DNA of 32,000 nucleotides, from assembly GCF_000016745.1 (NCBI RefSeq), contig NC_009483.1, forward strand, positions 1,650,001 through 1,682,000. The letters run 5' to 3'. Under the pieces are notes generated by a model. That model searched no databases. It was given only the letters and a program-made list of their open reading frames with translations, and was not told the DNA's origin. The first letter of the stretch is position 1; each line of letters begins with the position of its first letter. A program made the position numbers and the translations under genes. This document shows positions 9,071 to 17,029 of this stretch, piece after piece. Source of the stretch: Geotalea uraniireducens Rf4. Its GTDB lineage: Bacteria; Desulfobacterota; Desulfuromonadia; Geobacterales; Geobacteraceae.

Positions 9071-10300
9071 ATGCCCCATGGAAACATATTAGTGCAGGAA
9101 TCTTCTGCTGAGGTCCTGGACAACGTCATTGCGAGGGTGAGGGATTTTATGCCTCTGCTTGAGAGGGGGGAGACCCGGCGTTTGCTCCATTCTCTCATCG
9201 GTGGTCTGGACCGGGAGATGGTGTGGATGCAGACTTTGTCTGCACGGGAGACCGATCTTCGGCAACAGGTTGTCGTCGCCACAGAATACCACCTTTTGAA
9301 GGGGGTTCACGACGCGCTGAATGCCCTGGAGATGGAACGATTCCTGAAAACCCTCTCGGTTCCCGCCCTGCACAAAAACTGCACCGAATACCGGGATGTC
9401 CTGGCAGGCCGTGCGTTGGAGCTGGTTGCGCAAGAGATGGAATCTTCCGGCAAGGGCGCGCCGCCGCTTTCGTTTGCCCTTATCAGCATGGGGAGCGACG
9501 GTCGGGAAGAACAGACACTCATCACTGACCAGGATTACCTGGTCGTTTACGAAGATGGCGGTGGCGAGGCTGCTGACGACTATTTCCGCGAATTTTCCGA
9601 GCTTCTCGTGGAGAGGTTGGCGGAGGTCGGTTTCAAGAAATGCACAGGCGATATAATGCCGAGCAATCCCACCTGGCGCGGCTCTCTCTCCCAATGGAAG
9701 AAACGCCTCCTGGCGATTGTCCGTTACGAATTTGCGGATTACGCAAAAAACCTCATGGATCTCATCGTCCTTTCCGATGCCCGTTATGTTGCCGGTGACC
9801 GGGAACTGGCGTCCAACCTCGTAAGAAGCATCCGCAGCTTGCAGCAGGATTATTTCCACGTTCTGTGGGGAATGGCCAAGGCCGCCACCGAGATGAAAGT
9901 GGCGCTCGGCTTCCTGAAGAGGCTCTGGACCGAAGGAAGCGGGGAACACAAGGGGGAGTTCAATCTGAAGCTCCTCGCCTGGGCTCCGCTGGTCATGAAT
10001 GTCCGCATTCTTGCCATCAACCAGGCGGTTCCCGCGACCAGCACGCTGCAGCGCATAGAGCTTCTCGAAAAGGAGAAGAGCTTTTCCACTACCATGGCAG
10101 GCGGCCTCAAAGACGCCTACCACATCCTCACCCGGCACCGCATTCTGCTGCAGATCAAGGTAATAAAGGGAATCGCGAAGGACTCCTACCACCTGAACCC
10201 TTATCAGTTGCCCACTGCAGAGCGGGAACGCATCCGCCATGCCCTCCTTCGCATCGAAGAACTGCAGAAAACCATTCACGTCAATTTCTCCATCATGTAG
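9071..10300 (+). CDS. DUF294-type putative nucleotidyltransferase (GlnD-like NTase domain plus DUF294_C)
   Basis: SFALISMGSDGREEQTLITDQDYLVVYEDGG is the DUF294 NTase motif. The C-terminal half is helical. From memory, DUF294 proteins often neighbour actP/acs. This one lacks the usual cNMP/CBS sensor domains. Confidence 0.75.
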   Translation: MPHGNILVQESSAEVLDNVIARVRDFMPLLERGETRRLLHSLIGGLDREMVWMQTLSARETDLRQQVVVATEYHLLKGVHDALNALEMERFLKTLSVPALHKNCTEYRDVLAGRALELVAQEMESSGKGAPPLSFALISMGSDGREEQTLITDQDYLVVYEDGGGEAADDYFREFSELLVERLAEVGFKKCTGDIMPSNPTWRGSLSQWKKRLLAIVRYEFADYAKNLMDLIVLSDARYVAGDRELASNLVRSIRSLQQDYFHVLWGMAKAATEMKVALGFLKRLWTEGSGEHKGEFNLKLLAWAPLVMNVRILAINQAVPATSTLQRIELLEKEKSFSTTMAGGLKDAYHILTRHRILLQIKVIKGIAKDSYHLNPYQLPTAERERIRHALLRIEELQKTIHVNFSIM

Positions 10301-10375
10301 GTTCAGTCCCGCCAGGTGGTCATGGCTCATAACTTGCTGATTATTCGATTCCTGTTATAAACCCCAAAACGGCAG

Positions 10376-10510
10376 TTAGCCACGAATGACACGAATAAAC
10401 ACTAATGTTTTTAACCGCTTGTAAAGTCTTGAGTAGTCACCGATCTGGTGAGTGTCTTCTGCATCACAAGAGCTTGTATATTCGTGCAAATTCGTGAAAT
10501 TCGTGGTTAA
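10376..10510. repeat. About 135-bp palindromic element with CACGAAT/ATTCGTG repeat arms
   Basis: Left end TTAGCCACGAATGACACGAAT. Right end ATTCGTGCAAATTCGTGAAATTCGTGGTTAA, which is three 10-bp-phased direct repeats. The terminal 12-mers are reverse complements with one mismatch. Confidence 0.65.
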
Positions 10511-10593
10511 AATGCTTTTTATAGGATAAATGGCTGGATTTTTTTTGCGTGTATACATAATATGCTGTAATTCCCGTCGAATTAAGGCTTTTC

Positions 10594-12561
10594 ATGCACA
10601 GGTATCTGTTCAACTTCATGCTCAATCTGAAGCTCCGCTGGAAGCTGCTCGTGGTGGTGTTGCCGCTGGTTATCATTCCCATTTTCCTGGTTGGCGGTGT
10701 AATCGGCTACATATCGACCCAGCAGGCCTATCTCGGCATCACCCAGACGAGTAAGGCCGATCTGGAGCACATGTCGAGCTTTACCATCGATCTGATCAAC
10801 TCCCACCGCCAGCAGTTTCAGGTATACAAGAAGGACAAGGAACGGAGCTTCAATCTGGAGTTGGCGACCCTCACCAACCTGTCCTACAATCTGGTCGAAG
10901 CGGAGCAGCGCCAGTTCAGGAGCGGCCGCATAGATTTATTGACGGCCCGCCAGGAAGCGCGCAAAGCCCTGAAAAAGGTGAATGTCGGGGAAACCGGCTA
11001 TATCTACGCCATGTCAAGCAGGGGTGATCTCAAGGTCCACATCGCCCGTGAGGATGAGAACGTTTATAATGAGAAAGATGAAAACGGCCGCTACTTCATC
11101 CGCGAGATGTGCGAGAAGGCGCTCAAGTCGAAGCCGGGCGAGGTGCTATATATCGTTTACCCCTGGCGCAATGCGGTTTTGGGTGATAAATATCCCCGGA
11201 AAAAGGTGGTGGCGTACCGCTATTTCAAGGACTGGGACTGGATCATCGCCACCGGCGGTTATCTGGAGGAGACCTACGAGGATGTCGCCTTTGAAAAGCG
11301 TTCCTTTGCCGAACTGAAGGAGAAGATCAAGGGCAAGCAGGTCGGCAAGACCGGCTATATCTTCTGCATGGACAGCAAGGGGAACTTCACTGTCCATCCC
11401 GATGGGGAAGGGAAGAACTTTTATGGTGCGAAGGATAGCGACGGCAACCATTTCATTCGGGAGATGTGTCTCAATAAGAGCGGTTGGATTCGCTACCCCT
11501 GGAAAAACGCTGGTGAAAAAGCGCCGCGGATGAAGATCGTTAAATATGCGTATTTTCAGCCCTGGGACTGGATTGTGGCGGTCGGTTCCTACGAGGATGA
11601 ATTCTACCAGGAGGCCAAGGATATAAAGCGGCGCATCCTTGAAAGCATGGTGGTGCTGACCTTTTTTGTCTGCATGATTGCCGTGGCGCTGGTTTTTCTC
11701 GCTTCCAAGGTGCTGACCGATCCGATAAACCACATGATCGCCGTTATCCGCAAGGTCAAGCAGGGACGGCTCAGCGAGCGGATGGAAGTCGACACGAACG
11801 ACGAGCTGGGGGAGCTGGCACTGGCCTTCAATCGCATGACCCAGATCATAAAAAACAACAAGGAGATGGAGGCAAACCTGGCGCAACAGGGAAAAATGGC
11901 GTCTTTGGGGGTTCTTTCCTCCGGCGTGGCCCATGAAATCAATAATCCGCTCGGGGTGATACTCGGTTACGCCGGATACCTTGAAGGGAAGATGAGTGCC
12001 GACGATCCCAACTTCCGCTTCATTCACGAGATCAAACGCGAAAGCAAGCGCTGCAAGAAGATCGTCCAGGATCTCCTGAGTTACGCCCGGACGCCGAAGC
12101 CGACCCTGGAGGAGACCGACATCAACGAGCTTCTGGAGCAGATCGTCGACTTTGCCGCCAACCATACCGACATGCACCATGTTTCGGTGGTGAAGGAGTT
12201 TGCCAAGGATCTGCCGCGGATCATGGCGGACGGGGACCAGTTGCGCCAGGTGGCCATCAACCTGATTCTCAATGCTGGCGCCGCCATGCAGAGCGGCGGC
12301 ACGCTGGTCGTGCGCACCATGCTCGATGACGAGGGGTATATCCATCTGATCTTCAGCGACAACGGCGCTGGTATTTCCGCCGAGAACCTGGAAAAGATAT
12401 TCGAGCCGTTCTTTACCACCAAGACCAAGGGGACCGGCCTGGGGCTTGCGATCACCAGGCAGATCATCGATCAGCACCAGGGAAAAATCGCCATAGAGAG
12501 CGAGCCGGGGAAAGGGACGACGGTGACGGTAAAGCTGCCGGTGGAGAGGGAAGAGTTTTGA
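10594..12561 (+). CDS. Sensor histidine kinase with two tandem periplasmic Cache-like modules, HAMP, HisKA and HATPase
   Basis: 655 aa with TM1, then a duplicated block ([18 protein letters not shown]...YPWRN...[10 protein letters not shown] and [18 protein letters not shown]...YPWKN...[10 protein letters not shown]). TM2 and HAMP ([13 protein letters not shown]) follow. H-box is [12 protein letters not shown], then N, G1 and G2 boxes (DNGAGI, GTGLGL). Confidence 0.92.
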   Translation: MHRYLFNFMLNLKLRWKLLVVVLPLVIIPIFLVGGVIGYISTQQAYLGITQTSKADLEHMSSFTIDLINSHRQQFQVYKKDKERSFNLELATLTNLSYNLVEAEQRQFRSGRIDLLTARQEARKALKKVNVGETGYIYAMSSRGDLKVHIAREDENVYNEKDENGRYFIREMCEKALKSKPGEVLYIVYPWRNAVLGDKYPRKKVVAYRYFKDWDWIIATGGYLEETYEDVAFEKRSFAELKEKIKGKQVGKTGYIFCMDSKGNFTVHPDGEGKNFYGAKDSDGNHFIREMCLNKSGWIRYPWKNAGEKAPRMKIVKYAYFQPWDWIVAVGSYEDEFYQEAKDIKRRILESMVVLTFFVCMIAVALVFLASKVLTDPINHMIAVIRKVKQGRLSERMEVDTNDELGELALAFNRMTQIIKNNKEMEANLAQQGKMASLGVLSSGVAHEINNPLGVILGYAGYLEGKMSADDPNFRFIHEIKRESKRCKKIVQDLLSYARTPKPTLEETDINELLEQIVDFAANHTDMHHVSVVKEFAKDLPRIMADGDQLRQVAINLILNAGAAMQSGGTLVVRTMLDDEGYIHLIFSDNGAGISAENLEKIFEPFFTTKTKGTGLGLAITRQIIDQHQGKIAIESEPGKGTTVTVKLPVEREEF

Positions 12562-12631
12562 ATGCCGGAGATGAGGAAAGCTAATGGGATGTTGCGTGTG
12601 AGCGTCAACCCGTTTGCCTCAAAATGCGCAC

Positions 12632-12667
12632 TTGAATGAACCATATATTGTACGTTATAATGTACAA
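12632..12667 (+). promoter_or_regulatory. Candidate sigma-70 promoter with overlapping operator for phd-parE
   Basis: TTGAAT (12632-12637), an 18-nt spacer, then TATAAT (12656-12661). The inverted repeat TTGTAC-N8-GTACAA (12648-12667) brackets the -10 box. Confidence 0.5.
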
Positions 12668-12690
12668 AAAACAGTTATGCGAGGTGCCGT

Positions 12691-12972
12691 ATGCAAAGGT
12701 TGAAAATTGATCAGGATATCAGGCCGATGTCCGAGTTCAGGACGGGGATCGCTTCGTTTCTTAAGCAGGTGCATGACACCAAACGACCTATGATTATTAC
12801 CCAGCATGGTAAAGGCGTAGCCGTTTTACTTGATGTGAACGAATACGAATCCATGCAGGAAAAAATCGAACTTCTTCAGGATATACAAACGTCCGTCAGC
12901 CAGTTGGAAAGCGGCGCCGGCATGGAAAATAATGATGCAAAGGCAATGGTGCTGAAGCGAGCTGGAAAATGA
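12691..12972 (+). CDS. Phd/YefM-family antitoxin
   Basis: 93 aa. MSEFRTGIASFLKQVHDTKRPMIITQHGKGVAVLLDVNEYESMQE is a typical Phd/YefM fold signature. ATGA overlap with the following toxin gene. Confidence 0.85.
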   Translation: MQRLKIDQDIRPMSEFRTGIASFLKQVHDTKRPMIITQHGKGVAVLLDVNEYESMQEKIELLQDIQTSVSQLESGAGMENNDAKAMVLKRAGK

Positions 12973-13265
12973 GGATAGTCTGGTCCCCTCTCGCAGTAGA
13001 TAGGGCATCTGAAATAGCCGGATATATAGCCCAGGACAATCCAACCGCAGCAGAAAATTGGGTAAATGCAGTCTTTGCACAAGTTGGGCGGTTAAAGTCG
13101 TTTCCCGATAGGGGGCGCGTTGTGTCGGAAATCAATAACGATAGTTTTCGAGAACTGATTTACGGAAATTATAGAATTATTTACCGAATAGAAGAAAAAC
13201 AGGTCTCTATTCTTACGATTCGGCATGGAAAGCAGATTTTACCTGTGGATGAAATTCTTGGATAA
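12969..13265 (+). CDS. ParE/RelE-superfamily toxin
   Basis: 98 aa. WSPLAVDRASEIAGYIAQDNPTAAENW...FPDRGRVV...RELIYGNYRIIYRIEEKQVSILTIRHG is the ParE pattern. 4-nt overlap with the antitoxin. Confidence 0.85.
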   Translation: MRIVWSPLAVDRASEIAGYIAQDNPTAAENWVNAVFAQVGRLKSFPDRGRVVSEINNDSFRELIYGNYRIIYRIEEKQVSILTIRHGKQILPVDEILG

Positions 13266-13390
13266 ACAGGTCGCGGAGGAGTTTCTCCTTCAAAGTCGGC
13301 CGAAACTGACGTAGTCAGGGGAGCATTGAATAACCGGCAGGTGCAAAATGATCTGCTTCGTCGTATAACCTCTCCAAAAGGAGGCCCAGG

Positions 13391-13717
13391 ATGAAAAGAA
13401 AGTTCAATGGCAAACGGCAGGCAGCGAAAATGGTCCTGGGAGTTGCCTGGTACGAGCCGGAGCAATGGGAGAGGCTGTTGGATATTTCCACGGACCGCGA
13501 CGAGCTTGAAGCCACCCATGCCGAGTGGGAACGGAATGCCGTTCACTCCATGAAGAGCTTATCGCGTGGCGGGGTCTGGCTGGAAAAGGTGTCAGTAGAT
13601 CTGGAGGAGCTTGTGCAGTGGTGTCTCTCCCGGAACCTCCCTGTGGATGGCAAGTCGCGGGCTGCGTTTGCTTCGGAAAAGCTGCGGCAAGGGTCGGAAG
13701 AGCACAAGTTGGGTTGA
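13391..13717 (+). CDS. Hypothetical protein (108 aa)
   Basis: AAAGGAGG lies upstream of the ATG. The protein is a soluble helical type (WYEPEQWERLL...ELVQWC). I cannot name a family. Confidence 0.6.
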   Translation: MKRKFNGKRQAAKMVLGVAWYEPEQWERLLDISTDRDELEATHAEWERNAVHSMKSLSRGGVWLEKVSVDLEELVQWCLSRNLPVDGKSRAAFASEKLRQGSEEHKLG

Positions 13718-13804
13718 GGCGTGCTTGCCTGACCCCTACGGCTTTCCTCTGGATGTTGAGCAATAAAGAAATACTGAGATACATCAATTCCAATCGAGGT
13801 ACTT

Positions 13805-14305
13805 ATGAAGGCAGCAATATCTGGTTTGTTATTCCTATCTGTTTACCTTCCGTCGTTTTGCTTTGCTTCTGATCTATCCCAGCGAGCAGCTGCTGAGAAG
13901 TTGATGATGGAAACAAGGATAGACAAGATGTTAGAAAAATACACCCTAGAAACCGAAGAAAAACTGAAAAAGCAACTACTTGCAGTAGCTCCCAAGGACA
14001 CGGACAGGCAGATAGCAGAGAAGTATTTTGACAATATCAACAAAATTATTAACCGCGAATTGGGGTGGCAAAAAATCAAAGATGAAGTAGTTGCAGTGTA
14101 TGCTGATCTTTATACTAAGGATGAGCTTAATGAAATGAGTAAGTTCTTTTCTAGTCCTGCAGGCCAGAAATTTATTGCTAAAGCTTCTGAGTTGAATGAA
14201 AGGCTCATATCTGTACTGAGAGTTAAAATGCAAGGCTGTCTTCCTGAAGTCAAAAAACTTGCAGGAGATATGGAAAAAGAGATGGCAAACAAGAATATTC
14301 GGTAG
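13805..14305 (+). CDS. Secreted DUF2059-like protein
   Basis: Signal peptide MKAAISGLLFLSVYLPSFCFA, then YTKDELNEMSKFFSSPAGQKFIAK, which resembles the DUF2059 core motif from memory. The gene is visibly AT-rich. Confidence 0.65.
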   Translation: MKAAISGLLFLSVYLPSFCFASDLSQRAAAEKLMMETRIDKMLEKYTLETEEKLKKQLLAVAPKDTDRQIAEKYFDNINKIINRELGWQKIKDEVVAVYADLYTKDELNEMSKFFSSPAGQKFIAKASELNERLISVLRVKMQGCLPEVKKLAGDMEKEMANKNIR

Positions 14306-14428
14306 CTCAACCAGGAGGCGGCACGCGGGCTACGCTAACGCTTCGCCGGTGCGCCCCCGCACCGTTGGATGATAACCAGCAAAAAATGATGTACATTTTC
14401 GAAGCGGCATTAGGCAAGAGGGAGTGGA

Positions 14429-14629
14429 ATGAACAAATTGTTATGCTTCTGCTATGTCTTCATGCTTTCGCTGTGCTTAATGATCTCTGGGTGCAGTTGG
14501 AAAACCTGCAACCAGGATAACCCTGACGAGTACCACAAATATTGGGAAAACGAGGAGAACAGGAAGAATAGCATCCTCTACCCCATTACTGACGAATACG
14601 AGCAAGAGCGCAAAGGCTTAAAACGGTAA
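14429..14629 (+). CDS. Small putative lipoprotein (66 aa)
   Basis: MNKLLCFCYVFMLSLCLMISGCSW has the lipobox ISGC. GAGGGAG lies upstream. Otherwise unrecognised. Confidence 0.5.
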   Translation: MNKLLCFCYVFMLSLCLMISGCSWKTCNQDNPDEYHKYWENEENRKNSILYPITDEYEQERKGLKR

Positions 14630-14835
14630 CAGGCCTCAAATACATAGGTGTCAAGTCTCCAGTGACGATGAGAGCGTTTCCCCTCCAGATGCTGGGGCCA
14701 TTTTCATGGCACTGGCCGAGGATTGCCAAGTATTTTGACTGGCTCACAGCGGGCGTGTTCGCTTCACTGGGAGTCAGGCTGGCTGTGGCGCAAAGATGAA
14801 TCGTCTGTAATTGAGGGTTTTCTGAAAGCCCCCAT

Positions 14836-14943
14836 CTTGCACCCTCCCCCAGCCCCTCCCATCGAAGGGAGGGGGGCTTATAATTCCCTCTCCCCTGGTG
14901 GACCCAAATTGCGGGCCTAAAGGAGAGGGCCAGGGAGAGGGGC
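14836..14943 (+). repeat. Dispersed GC-rich repeat, copy A (inverted copy at 27914-28022)
   Basis: CTTGCACCCTCCCCCAGCCCCTCCCATCGAAGGGAGGGG...GGACCCAAATTGCGGGCCTAAAGGAGAGGGCCAGGGAGAGGGG aligns by eye, base for base at most positions, with the reverse complement of 27914-28022. Confidence 0.8.
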
Positions 14944-14974
14944 TTATCAACTAACTATTCACGAGGTTTGAGAA

Positions 14975-16357
14975 GTGTCCGACAAGAAACGAATCATGGT
15001 GATCGACAACGAGGAGGGGCTGTGCCGGATGATGGAGGCGGTCCTTCTCGATAACGGATATGCGGTAAAGGCTTTTCTCCGGTCGTTTGAGGCTGTTGAG
15101 GCATTTGTGGCCGGTCAATGGGACCTGGTGGTCACCGACATAAAGATGCCTGGCATGGATGGTCTTGAGGTGTTGCAGAAGATAAAGATCAAGGACCCCA
15201 CCATTCCGGTAATCATGGTGACCGCCTATGCCACGGTGGAGATGTCGATCCAGGCCCTGCGCCGGGGGGCCTACGATATGCTGACCAAGCCGTTCGAGCC
15301 GGAGGAGCTCCTCTACCGCGTGAAAAACGCCCTCAAGCATACCCAGCTCCTGGAGGAAAACCGGGAGCTGCGGGAAGAGCTGGTGGGTAAATTCCGTTTC
15401 GACAACATCATCGGCGCTTCGGACGGGCTGAAGGCCGTGCTGGAGCGGGTGGAAAAGGTGGCGATCCGCGACACCTCCGTCCTGATAACCGGGGAGTCCG
15501 GGACCGGCAAGGAGCTCATCGCCCAGGCGATCCACTACAATTCCCTGCGCAAGGAGAAAAAATTCGTCGCCATCAACTGCGGGGCGCTCCCCGAGTCGCT
15601 TCTGGAGAGTGAACTGTTCGGCTACAAGAAGGGGGCCTTTACCGGCGCCAAGGAGAACCGCCAGGGGCTTCTGGAGGCGGCCGATGGCGGCACCCTGTTC
15701 CTTGACGAGGTGGGGAATCTTCCCATGAACGTGCAGAAGACCCTGCTCCGCTTCCTGCAGGAGCAGGAATTCCATCGCATCGGCGATACCACGCCGACCA
15801 AGGTCGATGTGCGGATACTCTCCGCGACCAATTCCGACCTGAAGGCTGCGGTGAGAAGCGGAGAGTTCCGTGAAGACCTCTACTACCGGTTGAACGTGGT
15901 CAACATCCACTTGCCGCCGCTGCGGGAGCGGAAAGCGGACATCCCTCTCTTGGCTGCCCACTTCATTGCGTTGCAGAACAAGAAATTCGGCACCATGGTG
16001 CAAGGTCTTTCTCCCGAAGCCCTCGAAGCTGCCCTCGGCTATAGCTGGATGGGGAATATACGCCAGATGAAAAACGTCATCGAGGCTTCACTGGCCATGG
16101 AGAGCGGTGATTACATCAGCCTGCCGGTAATTTCCCAGTTTATTGAAGTTCCCCTGACAGAGGACGGAACCGGGATTGTTGCTGAAGAGGGTGAATATAC
16201 CAGGGCCTTGTCACGCTTTGAAATCGAATATCTGAAGGGATTATTGCGCAAAAACAACGGCAACATCGAGGCCGCTGCCCGCGAGGCGGGAATGAACATG
16301 GCCACCATTTACCGGAAGATAAAAAAATACAACATCAAGAAAGAGGATTATTCGTAA
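14975..16357 (+). CDS. Sigma-54-dependent response regulator (NtrC family: REC - AAA+ - Fis HTH)
   Basis: GTG start with GAGG 8 nt upstream. Receiver DLVVTDIKMPGMDG, Walker A GESGTGKE, sigma-54 contact loop GAFTGA, and C-terminal HTH NIEAAAREAGMNMATIYRKIKKY. Confidence 0.95.
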   Translation: MSDKKRIMVIDNEEGLCRMMEAVLLDNGYAVKAFLRSFEAVEAFVAGQWDLVVTDIKMPGMDGLEVLQKIKIKDPTIPVIMVTAYATVEMSIQALRRGAYDMLTKPFEPEELLYRVKNALKHTQLLEENRELREELVGKFRFDNIIGASDGLKAVLERVEKVAIRDTSVLITGESGTGKELIAQAIHYNSLRKEKKFVAINCGALPESLLESELFGYKKGAFTGAKENRQGLLEAADGGTLFLDEVGNLPMNVQKTLLRFLQEQEFHRIGDTTPTKVDVRILSATNSDLKAAVRSGEFREDLYYRLNVVNIHLPPLRERKADIPLLAAHFIALQNKKFGTMVQGLSPEALEAALGYSWMGNIRQMKNVIEASLAMESGDYISLPVISQFIEVPLTEDGTGIVAEEGEYTRALSRFEIEYLKGLLRKNNGNIEAAAREAGMNMATIYRKIKKYNIKKEDYS

Positions 16358-16399
16358 CCTTGACGCTTTACAGGATGATCCCGGCTGTGATGGGAGCAA

Positions 16400-16445
16400 T
16401 TCGCATTTGTGCAAAAAACATGAAAACCCTTCGCATCGCTGCAAA
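16400..16445 (+). promoter_or_regulatory. Two candidate enhancer (UAS) sites, TTCGCA-N4-TGCAAA, 30 bp apart
   Basis: TTCGCATTTGTGCAAA at 16400-16415 and TTCGCATCGCTGCAAA at 16430-16445. These are imperfect 16-bp palindromes about 270-300 bp upstream of the -24/-12 element. Confidence 0.5.
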
Positions 16446-16565
16446 ACCTATTTTTCCGTTTGTCCCCATTTCGTAACCCACTTAAATCACTGCTTTTTGT
16501 TGTACTGTGATTCAACAACGATAAAAAATTTCGTTTACACTAAAAAGTGGATTCCGCAAAACTTG

Positions 16566-16581
16566 TTTGCATTCTTGCAAA
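16566..16581 (+). promoter_or_regulatory. Third candidate enhancer site, perfect palindrome TTTGCA-N4-TGCAAA
   Basis: TTTGCATTCTTGCAAA, about 100 bp upstream of the -24/-12 element. Same motif as the two sites at 16400-16445. Confidence 0.5.
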
Positions 16582-16679
16582 AGCCCGCCTGCTCCCTTCT
16601 CTTTAATGTTTGTATTCACTGTATTGTAACATACTTAAATATAAGGGTAAATCCGTAGATATTCGCAATTTTACCGCTT

Positions 16680-16695
16680 TGGTACGGTGGTTGCT
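16680..16695 (+). promoter_or_regulatory. Sigma-54 (-24/-12) promoter
   Basis: TGGTACGGTGGTTGCT compared with the consensus TGGCAC-N5-TTGC. Spacing is correct, there is one mismatch (C to T), and GG and GC are in place. It lies 125 nt upstream of the ORF at 16821 and just downstream of an NtrC-family gene. Confidence 0.7.
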
Positions 16696-16727
16696 AATAG
16701 TGTATACAGTTACTCCTTCATTGTAGG

Positions 16728-16769
16728 GGATGATGCCGGAGAGGTTGGGAGGCTGATCCGGCGTCATCC
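16728..16769 (+). other. 5' leader hairpin (13-bp stem, 16-nt loop)
   Basis: GGATGATGCCGGA ... TCCGGCGTCATCC, with one G-U pair. It sits between the sigma-54 promoter and the first ORF. No U-tract follows, so it is not a canonical terminator. Confidence 0.5.
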
Positions 16770-16820
16770 TGTACGAAAAACAAAAAGGCCTGCGGGCTTT
16801 AGAAACCATATGAGGTCCCC

Positions 16821-17006
16821 ATGAAGGTTGAGACAGTCTGCCCCTTCTACGGAAAAAACGATGATTTTTGCGATGTCGGTTGTGGATATATTTCGCCGCA
16901 CGATGTCAATCAGATAATTAGGTTCTGTAGTTGCCGATACAAGGAGTGTTTTAAGTATCAGGAGCTGTCGGACCGTCTGCCCAAAGAGATTTTCGAACCA
17001 GCTTGA
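16821..17006 (+). CDS. Small Cys-rich protein (61 aa), unknown family
   Basis: GAGG lies 5 nt upstream. The protein has six Cys in the pattern C-x9-C-x3-C-x14-C-x-C-x4-C plus one His, suggesting a metal or Fe-S site. It is the first gene after the sigma-54 promoter. Confidence 0.65.
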   Translation: MKVETVCPFYGKNDDFCDVGCGYISPHDVNQIIRFCSCRYKECFKYQELSDRLPKEIFEPA

Positions 17007-17029
17007 TGCTGATTTACAAGGAGGATGCC

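Noticed and set aside
9089-10330. 413-aa minus-strand ORF. Similar long shadows lie at 11146-12477, 20941-22074 and 28007-29113
   Set aside because: Each lies fully antisense to a gene with strong family signatures (DUF294, histidine kinase, RlmI, AguA). None has a recognisable domain or a convincing SD.
13708-13714. GTTGGGT, a further GTTRRRY match at the end of the 108-aa ORF
   Set aside because: The motif is expected by chance a couple of times per 2-3 kb. This one has no partner inner core and no flanking palindrome.
14707-14726. TGGCAC ... TTGC, which looks like a second sigma-54 promoter
   Set aside because: The distance from TGG to TTGC is 16 nt instead of 11, so the -24 and -12 elements are out of register.
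14668-14799. 43-codon ORF (MRAFPLQMLGPFSWHWPRIAKYFDWLTAGVFASLGVRLAVAQR), possible gene remnant
   Set aside because: It has no SD and no recognisable family, so I cannot support it as a gene or a pseudogene from sequence alone.
14723-14920. 65-aa ORF ending in PPPAPPIEGRGAYNSLSPGGPKLRA
   Set aside because: It is a translation of the dispersed GC-rich repeat, whose other copy is in the opposite orientation at 27914. It has a TTG start and no SD.
14951-16003. 350-aa ORF on the minus strand
   Set aside because: It is entirely antisense to the clearly real NtrC-family gene. Its composition is Arg/Gly/Leu/His-rich and typical of a shadow frame in GC-rich coding DNA, and I see no motifs.
16407-16658. 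83-aa ORF in the spacer after the NtrC gene
   Set aside because: It has a non-ATG start in an AT-rich regulatory region that carries the enhancer-like palindromes. Its Cys/Phe/Leu-rich composition is typical of translated AT-rich DNA.
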